From Octopus bimaculoides (taxonomy: Eukaryota): DNA of 64,000 nt. The notes below the pieces were generated by a model. The model worked only from the letters and a program-made list of their open reading frames with translations, did not search any database and was not told the DNA's origin. Position numbers and translations under genes: made by a program. Position 1 is the stretch's first letter, and every line of letters begins with the position of its first letter. Below are positions 25,701 to 38,328 of the stretch, one piece after another. Location: positions 137,617,721 to 137,681,720 of the forward strand of contig NC_068982.1 of NCBI RefSeq assembly GCF_001194135.2, read 5' to 3'.

Positions 25701-28700
25701 CTAGTTTATTTGATAAATTTATGGTTTCATACTTTATTCCAGTATGCTACCACAATATCGTATTTGCATGCACAGAATCATACATTTTCCCCTTCATCAA
25801 AACCATTTAAAGATATCTTTTAATTAGCTTTTCTCCGAAAACTTACCAGTAAAATATGAGTGCATCTTGTGCAAGAGTGCAACTTATATGCCAGATAAAA
25901 TAATGGTGATTATATTAATAGATCTCAAAACAAGAACAATTATAGACATTTTTTTTGTATCAGGTAAATAAGAAAAGTTGGTTCTTACCTCCTTCGCGAG
26001 TATCTTCATAGATATTCTTTTTGGCTCCTTTCCGCTCGATGGCTAAATCATGGGAAAATTTACATTTATCTCCTTTTGTACAAAGGCCTTGTTTGAAAAA
26101 TACACACAATACAGACTTAGGATCAGCACCTGGAAAGAATTAGGAAAAACAATTGTACCAAACAACAGCAATCGAGGTTAAGTAAGAATCTCATCAGCAA
26201 CCAATCAAAAGAATATCATTAACAGGAACAAGCATGTGTAAGTGTGTATGCTTGTGTTTCCTGGCCATGAAGAAAATATTAGCTCACATGGGAACAGGTG
26301 AGGGTTAGCAATAGGAAGAGCATCCAGCTGTAGATAATCAGCCTCAACAAACTGACCCATGCAAACATGGAAAAGTGAGTAGACATTAAAATGATGATAA
26401 TGACAGCATACACACACACAATGGACTTATTTCAGTTTCTGCCCATCAAATCCACTCACAAATCTTTGTTTGGCCTGGAGCTATAGTAGAAGACACTTGT
26501 CCAAGGTACCACGCAGTGGGGCTGAATCCAAAACCATGTGCTCAGAAAGCAAGCTTCTTAACCACACATGTTCATCATCATCATCATCGTTTAACGTCCA
26601 CTTTCCATGCTAGCATGGTTCGGATGATTTGACTGAGGACTGGTGGACCAGATGGCTACACCAGGCTCCAATCTGATCTGGCAGAGTTTCTACAGCTGGA
26701 TGCCCTTCCTAATGCCAACCACTCTGAGAGTGTAGTGGGTGCTTTTACGTGCCACTGGCACGAAGGCCAGTCAGGCGGTACTGACAACGGCCACGGTCAA
26801 AATGGTGTATTTTACGTGCCACCTGCACAGGAGCCAGTCCCGCAGCACTGGCAACGACCTCACTCAAATGTCTTTTCACGTGCCAGGAAGGCGACGCTGG
26901 TAACGATCATGCTCAAATGGTGCTATTTACGTGCCACTAGCACAGAAGCTAGACAGTTGCTTCCGTTCTACCTGAGAATTATGTTATAGGTGCACATGTC
27001 TGTGGAATGCTCAGTCATTTACACATTCATTCTGGAGTAGATAATTCAACTGAATCCTCCACATAGGCTCACCACCACAGAACTTATAACCTTCAAAAGG
27101 ATGTTACTGACCTTTGAGTGCAGGTTGGATAGGCTTGAATAGAAGATTAAGCTCGTCTAGCTGAGATCTTTTGTCAGTTTTCTTTTTCTGTTTCTCTGCT
27201 TCCAATTCGGACAACTGCAACAAAAATAGCAACATTTTTAGTGATATTTACTGAGGTGAGAAAATGTAAAATATAAACAGAAAAAAATTTTTTTTTTTTA
27301 AATAACTAAATGTTATTCATATTGTTTAACCCAGGGCCAGTCCAGACCAAGCAGACTTATGATTTGATCAAAAGTATTCCAGTTGTAACCAGGCCATTGT
27401 TCTTTTTTAATATGCAGAGAACTTAGGAATACATGCAAGAGCATATTTCATTTTTCAAAAAGGGAGTGTATGTATGTGGGGGAGATTTAAAGCAGACTTG
27501 GTTGCTATTTCTAGCAAACTGAGCGACCCAGTAAAAGCTACNNNNNNNNNNACCCAGTAAAAGCTACTTCCAACCCTAGATAGATAACTTCCTGCTTTCC
27601 CTTGTTGTAGGATGACTAGAAGTAACATTTGATAAAGAAGACACCCAAGAATAGTAATTTCTGGTGATACATAAAATGTAAAAAAAAAAAAAAACATTGC
27701 TGCATTTGATGGCACAATGGCTGCACAGGCATATCAGATGCACCCTAATTTCAGCAGTAGATATCCAGGATAAAATGTTTTTACTGCATTAAAGTATGTA
27801 ATATAAACCTAACTTTGTACAAAGGACACCAGATGATATTTTTGAGACATTTTCCTGTCAAGAAAGTGTGTCTTGGTCTTGTATTCTATCAAATATGGTT
27901 TGTTTTAGTATGAATCCTTATAGAGTGGCACTAATTTCCTGGTAGACTGAATCAATAAATAAACTTAAATTCCTGCCTGAAATCCAGAAATCTCACTAAT
28001 AACACTTGTCCGAGTTTAGTCACCATGTTCTTCTTGTTAACTATTTTCTAGTAAACGATGAAAATAATATCACTCTTTAAATTCACCTTGGAGGATTTTG
28101 GAGAAAGTGTTTGGTCAACTGCATAAATCCAAGCATCTGATTCAATACTGGAGAAGGGCAGATATAGCAATAACAAAAACATTGATAGCAGTACCCTTAT
28201 CATTCCTACCTTTCATATTCACATTTCATCCTACACACTTTTTCATGTACTGCTTTTTATAAGAGCTGCTCATCCATAACACAGCAATGTCACATATTCC
28301 AATGTCATGTCAGCTACTGCCCACATGTCTCTAAAATTGATTAAAACTGAAATTCTTAGCATGACCATTAAATGAAGAAAATCGCTTCACGGCCATGTGG
28401 CTTCAGGTTAGTCCCTACTGTGTGGTGCTGGAGGTGGGTATCTTCTACTATAATCTCCAGCTAGAAATGTTTTGTGAATGGAATTAACAGATGGAAACTG
28501 TAGGAAACCTATCGTGTGTGTGTGTGCAGTATCCCCTTGTCTACAGTTAGCTGAATGATTGTTACTAGTGAGTTTAGAGCTTTGTGTAGACCACAGGTCC
28601 TCAACCGGCGTGCCACAAAATATACATACATATGTGGTGTCATGGTTGATCATTTAGAGTCAAAAATACATTTTGATACTATTTTAACAATAAATATTAT

Positions 28701-30939
28701 TGTCATCTTATATTTTGTATTGTTACTTGTTACATTTTTGCATTGTCATCTATTTTACATCTATTATATCAACATTGGTGAAATAAAGAAAATTTTTTGT
28801 TATCAATTCCAGGGACGCAGTTTTTTTACACAGATGTTATTCAGGGACAAAACTTCTTATATTAATGTTGAATCAAAAAACAACTGTCATATTAGGTTTC
28901 CTAATAGGGGTTCCGTGGATTTCTGAAAGGTTTGGCAAGGGTGCCCCGAGAGAGAAAAGGTTGAGATACAGTGGTGTAGATTATCATCATCTAGTTTACT
29001 TCCAAGAAAGTGGGGTGGTTACTAATGTACTTAGAAGTATTATTGGTGACAATACAGAAAGCAAATATAAAAAAAATATATGACAGACACAAGATGCAGT
29101 TTATGCCATTAGTTCCCAGTTTTCAGAGTTGGCATTGTAAATGTAGGCACATTGAAAGGTAGGTCTAGTGAGATTGTAGAGATGCTTGAACGGAGGCACG
29201 TTGACGTATGTTGCATACAAGAGGTATAAACTCTTCTGGGAAGGTAATAGTGACGGAATAGGGGGTGTGGGCATACTTCTTGCAGAGAAATGGGTGGTTA
29301 AGGTCATAGAGGTAGTGAGCATCAAATGTGGTGTGCAAGAGAGACAACTGCGCTGGTATGGTCATGTGTTATGTATGGATGAGGACAGCAGTGTGAGGAA
29401 GTGCCACTCTCTAATTGTGAAAGAGGTAGACCCAGGAAGACATGGCATGAGGTGGTGAAGCATGACCATTGAACATTGGACCTCACAGAGGCAATGACAA
29501 GAGACTGAGACCTTTGGAGATATGCTGTGATTTAGAAGACCTGGCAACTAAAGTGAGATCGCAGCCATGCATGTCCGGCGCGATATGATATGCTTGAGAA
29601 GACCTGTTGACTCAAGTAAAAACAAGTATCGTAGCTGTGCCCCCTCACTGGCTCCTGTGCTGGTGGCACGTAAAAAGCACCATCCGAACGTGGTCGATGC
29701 CAGGTCTGCCTGACTGGCTCCCGTACCAGTGGCAGGGAAAAAGCACCAACCGAACGTGGCCGATGCCAGTACCCACTGGCTGGCCTCTGTGCCAGTGGCA
29801 TGTAAAAAGCATCCACTACCTTCTCGGAATGGTTGGTGTTAGGAAGGGCATCCAGCTGTAGAAACATTGCCAGTTGAGATCGGAGCCCGGTGCAGCTGCT
29901 TGCTCTCCAGACCTTAGTCAACCATCCAACCCATGGCAGCATGGAAAACGGATGTTAAACAATAACGATGAGATTCCCTATAAACTTTTCGCTAGTTTGG
30001 CTATTTTCAGCTTCTGCAGTGGGTGTTCATAGTGCAACTGGATGCAGATTCACTACAGTTCTTCAGGGGAACACTGTACTACATTAGGTTAACAGGGATC
30101 AAATAAATAAATATAAAACACACTCACACGTATGCATGTTTCACACTAACAACCCTCACACACACATTCTCTCTCACACAACAATTTTAGCAGAGTTCAC
30201 AAAATCTTTCTTACTTTCTTGGCACTTTGGTTTCCACATTTTACTTGATGAGTGACGGCTTTGATAAATTTCTGCTGTTTAGCTCCTTTTTTATTCTTCA
30301 AACCAAATGTTTTATCCTGGAAAACACAAAAAAGAAAAGGCAAAATAAAAAAACATGAAACTCCCACTGAAAATAGAAAAAGATTCAGGAGATTGGAAAC
30401 CTTGCCTCACATGACACTCATTGCAAAGAAGGACGGGGTGGTTAAGAAGTTTACTTCATAACCATATCATTTTAGGATAGTTCTTGTTGTGAGGTACTTT
30501 GGGTAGATGCTGTCTACTATTGGTCTTGGGATGGACAATGCCTTGTGAGTGTAATTGGTAGAACTGTAGGTAGCACGTTTTATATATATATATATATATA
30601 TATATACCTACACATACATACATAAATGTGCACACACAAACACACACAGGAAGGGCATCCAGCCACAGAAACCATGCCAAAACAGACATTGGAACCTGGT
30701 GTAGTCCTCAGCCTTACCAGCTCCTGTCAAACCATCCAACTCATGCTAGCATGGAAAACAGACATAAATGATGGTATATGCATGCACACATACACACACG
30801 CATGCACAGGTATGGGTGCGAGATAAGAAGTTTGCTCCCCAACCACATGGTTCTGGGTTCAGTCCTTGGGTACCTTGTAGCCTCTGAGTGACCAAAGCCT
30901 TGAGTGAATTTGGTAGGCAGAAACTGAAAGTCTGCCATG

Positions 30940-30976
<37 letters not shown>

Positions 30977-31110
30977 TTATCTTTATCTTATGATATTTAC
31001 TTTGTTTTATATTATACTCATTTATTGTGCTTTTAATTGTTAATTTCCTATATGTGATAGTGGATTTTCATTGATGAGTTCTTGAAACTTGGTTATTTTC
31101 CCTAAAACTA

Positions 31111-31160
<50 letters not shown>

Positions 31161-34100
31161 ATGTGTAGTGTGCTTATATCCCTGTAACTTAGTGGCTCAG
31201 CAAAAGAGACCAATAAAATAAGTAGTTGGGTCAATTTGTTTGACTGAAATTCTTCAAGGCAGTGCCCCAGCATGGCTGCATTCTAATGACTGAAACAACA
31301 CACACACTCAAATACATACATACATACATACAGACACACTTTTCCATTGTCTTCACAAAATGCAAGTCATATAAACAATGTCACTGTTACATTGTGTCAT
31401 TGCTTAATTCTACAGCAAAAATATGTCTGGTCAATGCACAGTAGTTTTTTTTTTTTTTTAAAAGGAAAATATTGTATCATCCCATAAATAGTGCAGTTTT
31501 TTTACACTTATTTTTCAAAATTAAGATTAAATTCTTTTTTAATCTAAAATATACTCTCCTTCATTTTCTACGATGCTCTTCCATTTATCTGGTAGACTTG
31601 CAAGGCCCCTCTGCCAAAATTCACTTGTCCATGACAAAAAATACTCTTCCAGTACTATTCTGACCTTGTCTACAGAGTTCATATTTTTTTCTGTCCAAAT
31701 GATTTTGAAGCCTGCAGGATAAATGATAACCAGAAGGGGCTATATTCAGAGAATATGGTGGGTGAGGCATCGTTTCCCATTCAAACTGCTCCAGCCTCTG
31801 GAATATATACTCCTTGCTGTATGTGGCCGAGCATTATCTTGATGGAAGAACACCTTTCATCTTGAAACCAAAGATGGTCGTTTTTCTTCTAGTGCTGGTG
31901 ACAATGAATGATCAAATCCAAGCTTCTCTGCAAGTTCCTCAACAGTTACGACAGGATTCAGTTCCACCAGAGTTTGCAGGATATCCTTGTTGAGCTCTAC
32001 AGATCTTCCAGGAAGAGGCTGATCTTCTAGGCTGTAGCTTCCGGCTTGGAATTTCTGAAACCACAGTTGACACTGGCTTAGACTAATTGTCCAATCCCCA
32101 TATACTGCATTAATATTCCTCACACTTTCCATAGCATTGTTACCTTCATTAAACTCAAAGCAAAATATGCTCTTTTGTCACTGTCATTACAGCTCTGAAA
32201 AAATAACTTAAAATTGAACTGCACTCTTCAAAATTTGCACGAAGAATAAGTACAAGGTAAAATTACTACCCGCTTTTATAGCAAGCTGATGAAGGTAGTT
32301 TATCCCCTACGACTTTTAGTTCATGCATTTGAAAAAAACCACATTATTTATGGGATGACCCAATAGCAGACCTTTCTTACAGACAAGAGAAGGTTGGTGA
32401 TAGGAAGCGCATCCGACCATAGAAAAATGCCTGAACAAGTCTCATTTAACAGATGTTAGACTGGAAAAAGTGGACATTAAACCATGATGATAATTAGTAA
32501 AATAGCGGATAGCAGAATCAGGAAAGAGTGAAAGATAGACAAAAATGCTTTATGGTATTAAAAATTTTGTTCCTTTACTGAGGATGAAACTACATTCCAT
32601 CTTCATTGATGTGGAAGATAAAATAAGCACCAGTAATATACTCGGTAAAGTTGAATTCTGGAATCTGCAAAATATTTAAGAAATCAAGCTTTTTGATAGC
32701 AATCCACTCTTGCCTTTATGACACAAAAACGCCGTTTTGAAATTATCTAAATGGAAACCTTCCATCAAAATTTCACATTAAATTATGTTCCAAACACCAG
32801 CTTAATGATGATAGTTATTTTACTAAATCCTTCAATATTTTCAGAGTTAATTAAAACAAATGCAGTGTATTTCAATAGAAATGTGGAAACAAAAGGGTTA
32901 ATAAACAGTAAGTATTTACCAGTCTGCCATGGTCTAGAATGCTGGTTTTGAAACTAACAGACACCAGATTCTCCCCACTATATGAGTGAAATACTCCTCT
33001 GCACCCATCTATGTAAACAGAAGAGAAAACAATTTTTTAGTCTATATCAGTGGTTCTCAAATGGATTTTGTCTATGGACTCCCTTTGATTTGCTATTTTC
33101 CTCTACTGGACCCTCAGGGTCATTCGATGACTAAAAACTCCTATATTCTTATAATTAAATACCGTGAGGAATTGTATTGAAAAAAAAAAATGTTTAAATA
33201 TTCTGTGTCTTGTAGAAATATATATATATCAACCTTACAGGGTCATATAGACCCTTGTAGGGTCTATATTCTACTTTCTTTGACACAATGTCGGACAAGC
33301 TTAAAGCATTAATTCTATCAAAGATGGCAATTCGCTTGTTTCCCAGTCTTATTTGAAACACTAGTAATAGATCACAGGATTTCATCATAGAAGGGAAGGT
33401 AGAGATTCTATAGTAATTACGAGTTTTTAAACAATTAACTCTTTTGATAACTTTCCCCTCCTGGAATTCCCTTTGATTATATGCTTGAAATCATCATTTT
33501 ATGTCTGCTTTCCAGGCAGAGTTGAAGAAACAGGGATCCCTCAGAAGAGAAGCACAAAAGATAACCCAGAATCAAGAGAGTAGAGAAAAGTCATCAAGGG
33601 CCTATGCCCCACAGGAAGGGGAGGGCTTAAGCAACTAAGTAAAAAGTTCCCTGCATGGATTGGACATATTGTTGGTCATATTTAGTTTCATTAGGAGTCG
33701 TTGCTCTCACAGACTGCTGCTCATAGTAGAACAGCATTGTGAGTTTCGAATCAGATAAGATGGCACAAAGTGATCTGGAACTAAGAGAAAAAGTTCATCT
33801 GAGCTCTTCCTTTGGCAATAATGATAGACAGTGTTAAGAGTGGCGATGACACGACGATCTGACAAAGGTTGCAATGGAGGAACCAGTTAAATTAGGACTT
33901 GTTTCTGAACCTGATCAAGGATATCCAAGGGACAAGATGGTGCACTTGTCAACATATGACAACAGTATTCCATTCAAGAACAAATTGTGGATAAGATAGA
34001 AAATGGCCTCAGATGTGAGGTAGTCCTTTGACCTATACAATGACCCAACCCTATGAGAAGCAAATCTAGCAATTTATTGTATGTAAAAGCTCCAAGAAAT

Positions 34101-37100
34101 ATCAGGTGAAAAAGTAAGATCAAGCAGTTTTAAATAAGACCTTTCCTCAAGTGGTGCGACTCAAATGGTCTCATCACGTGATACTTCAGACCTATTACTC
34201 ATGTAAATGGGAAGATGGGGACCCCACTTCCTACCAAAATACAAGAGTTTGGTTTTGCTAGGGTTGGAAGTTTTCAGCCACTAGAAATATCAGACTTAAC
34301 ATTCAATAGGTTCAATGCCTTTGTTATTTTAGCAAATAGTACACACAATGCATGGGTGAGAAAAACAATTAGTTTACAATAGGCTTTATATAGGATCAAC
34401 CTACATCTATTTCTAGAAAATATCAAGAAATGATTATTCAGAGACCTATATCAGTAACAACAGATTATGAAAAGACAATTATGAAAGATTACAATTAAGT
34501 TTTCTTCACCACAAAGCAATGAAGGATGCTTTTTTTTTTTCACTTCCCCAATACATATGTGCTCCATTCAAATCTATGGTTTAAAACAAAAGAAATGGTT
34601 GTAGAATTTGCTTAAAAATTTTGTGTTCTATCTGCATGAACACGTGTCCATCTATATAGTCATAGACACATTTGAAAATCTATGAATCCTGAAGCAGATG
34701 CTGTTGTTATTTAGAGGATACAGAGATAGTTCAACCTGATCAGAGTACAGTCACAGACACAATGTCCACAAGAAATACAGTACATATATGAGGCAGTTTT
34801 GTAAGACTTATCTAGAAACCAACAATTTCATTGAAGGCTGGCTTAGTGTCTTTGAAGAGCAGCTAACAGCCTATCAACCAAACAAAGCACTCAAATCACT
34901 ACCACACTGCTTGTTGGCTCAAGACAGAAGTTATGTTTTATGTTTGTCCTGTCATAAATTCCATGGAATGACAGAAGACCAATGACACATGGGAAGAGGT
35001 ACGTTTAACCATTTAACATTCAGATTACTCAGACAAATTTAATAGTTATTTATTCACATTGCTTTGAATTAACCCTGCATTATCTTGTAGCTTTCAGATT
35101 TAAATCATGTGATTTGCTTGATGGGATACGTTGCTGCTAAGCCATAGGTCGGCTCCGATAGAGGAATTATGATCAAATGTCTTCCAATCAGGACCATCCC
35201 ATCTTTTATTCAAATAGCATAACTTGGACCATATTATCCAATGAACTCATTTTAAGAAATAGATTAAAAGGTTGGCAGTGTAATTTGAGGGAAATTTGAC
35301 TGCTATTTTTAACAAGTTGAGTGACCATGTATATCCGCCCCCTCACCTGCCTTACGAATACAAATAGGTAACGAGTGTCAAGACCAGTGGTTCTCAAGCT
35401 TTTCAATATCCGCACAAGATCCAAAACTTGGATTTTTTTTAAGGGTCTGCATTAAAAAAAAAACACAAATCAATTAAAGAAACATTTATTATATTTATAG
35501 AAGACCATCAAGGGCCACGACTGAGAACCGCTGGTCAAGATGATACTAATGACAGAAAAGAAATCCATATAGCAGACAAGAATTACATGCAAAATGCACA
35601 CCACGATTTGGGGGTATAAATTACCTTTAAAGGTGAGGAAAAAAAAAAAAAACCCTTGCAGCCTAATATGATTTTATTATATGCACCCGTTTCTGGCCCT
35701 TTACATTCTGAGTTCAAATGCTGCTGATGTTGACTTTGCCTTTCACTCTTTCGAGGTCGATGAAATAAGTAACAGTTGAGCACTGGGGGTCGTTGATATT
35801 GACTTCCCCTCCCCTCAAAATTGCTGGCCTTGCACCAAAATTTGAAACCATTATGTGCACCTTTAATTCTAATTTTGACATTAGTGTAAAAAAAACAACA
35901 AAAAACAAAACGAAAAGTGCACATTATGTACGGGGGTTTATGGTAGATTTAAGGAAGGGTGAGGGAGAAACAAATTCTTTCATTTTAATATCCGGGAAAG
36001 GTTTCCATCTGAAGAAGATACTTTTAAAAGCCAGTCTGTTGTAAACACGTATCTTGCGCAGAGTTATAACCGTACAGAATAACACTTTGATCTTAGCCCA
36101 ATCACCTCACCATCCGAAGCTACAGAAATATATGTTATTAATATTATCGATGATTTTAGGGGTGTCTTTCAGTTAACAAAGATAAAAAGTCCATAATACA
36201 TAGGTGTAATTATTTATTAAAGTACTGATTTAAAAGTAATTTTTAAAAGGAAAAGGAAAACGCCGATTACAAAATCCGGATCAACACATCTCTATGGTCA
36301 GTTGTATTATTATTGCTGTTGTTCCGGCCGAGGTCACCTTAACTTTTAATTCTTTTGAAGCACTGGGGTTGATGTAATTGACTAACCTCCCTTCCCTCAA
36401 AATTGGTCGCCTTCTGCCTAAATTAGAAATGGTTATGAAAATTTTAAATGTTATTAGCACTGACGTACCACCGAACACTGGTTCTTTGGATTGGCTTCTT
36501 TTTTTTACGTTCCTGACTATAACATCTGTTAAGTCCTTTTCCCTAGAAAACTGTAGTTAAGGTTCGTAATTTCGAAACAGATTTAAATGCTAGACCACAC
36601 GGTAAAGACAGGTGTCAACTGACGTAGCCTACCATCTGAGGCTAGTTCGAGCATTAACAGATCGGTTCAACCAGGGAGTGATTACGTGATCATTTAACCT
36701 GCTAGAAACAATAGTCACTATTAAAAAATGAAAACACATATTAGACAATACTGTCTGAGATAAACAGTCCGTGAAAATGAGATTGTCATGGCTTTGATGT
36801 TTGATTTATAAACCAGTTCGAAAATAGATGACCTGGGGGTTAAACAAAATACTGGGAGATTATCGAAAATCCCTAAAGCACTTTGCACGTCTAGCTTAGA
36901 CGAAACCCACTTTTAAATTTGTTTGTTCTTTTTCACGCTGCTCCAATATTTAACATTTTATGTGTGTATATAGTCTTCCAAGGAAATCCTCCCTAAGGAC
37001 CACAGTCACGTACATACACAAATTCATTTAGGCTGTCGAGAGTTCCTTTCGTAATGGTTTTTTTTTTTCGCCTCCCGCTGTCGAGGTGACTGACTTGTGT

Positions 37101-38280
37101 GTGACCATCTAACTTTTTTTTTTTTTTTTTTTTTACAGGCAGTTTTCATTTAGTATCACATTAACGTATTCTTCCCCCCTTTGTGGTATGAAAGAGATTT
37201 GGTTGTCATTTCTAGCCGATCGAGCAACCATGTAGAGGTTCCCACGTTGGCTCGAGCTATTTCCGTCCAATAAATTTGTAAACTAATTGTGACACTGAAA
37301 ATGTTTCCAACGAATTAATTGAAGATCAAATTACAATGAACAAAGCAGACAGGGAATGGTTTAAATAACCTGAAGAACATTTGAGAAAATCGGAGGACTC
37401 GCAGACTTGCAAAACGTGTCCATATCTGAAGAAGAATAGCTTGCAACAATCATCTTTTCTTCATTACTCGATCAATTAATAGGTTTCATATAAAAACACC
37501 TGTTTATAATTATAGTGTTATAGATTACACCATAACACTTTCTGTGTTGCAATAACGATTTCTTTATAGTAATATTATCTCTATAACAATGAACGATAAA
37601 AAAAATGGGACAAATTTTGAAAGGGCGAGTCGTATTTGAATGAATAGATAACTAACATTTGACTATTTTATTGAACCCCGCGAAAGATTGAAAGATAAAT
37701 TTGACTCGGACAGCAATTTGGATTCACAACGTAATAATAGTGCTTAAATAATATTTTAATAACAATTTCCATTTGTTGTTCTTTTTGCTTAAATAATTGC
37801 TTTTGTTCGGGCGAGGCGCCAGATTTTTTTAGGGGTAAGGAAGGCATTAAGGTTTTATTTTCTGTCAACTGTGTAGGGCTAACGAAAATAAAAGGTATTA
37901 AGAAAATTTTCTAAAGTTACTACGAGGACCACACATACACCACAATAGAATTAAAGTCTCAAATCAGATCAACAAGCCTAATAAGGACATGCAATAAATT
38001 TTTTTTAAATGCCCAAACGAAATTTTTTTTTAATTTCCACCAACACATTTATCTTAAAATAAGCGACATAACAAAATTCGTATTCTAGTAAGTTCATAAT
38101 AAAATGTCTCTATTCGTAGATACAAAAAATAAAAAAAAATAAGGTACAGCTGCATAAGTGCCCCTCCATACAAATATGTACTTCTAATTTCTTCTAGAAG
38201 ACCGATCTATGAAGATGTCCAACTATAGTTATGTCGATTGTGTGTGTAACAAGTATCTTACACATGTATTATATATATAT

Positions 38281-38328
<48 letters not shown>

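Noticed and set aside
27526-27567. 16-bp direct repeat ACCCAGTAAAAGCTAC
   Set aside because: It flanks a 10-N gap and is most likely a contig-overlap artefact.
37360-37490. Two CTGAAGA motifs and a GCAAAACGTGTC segment resembling hammerhead parts
   Set aside because: Stems I and II cannot be formed in any circular permutation.
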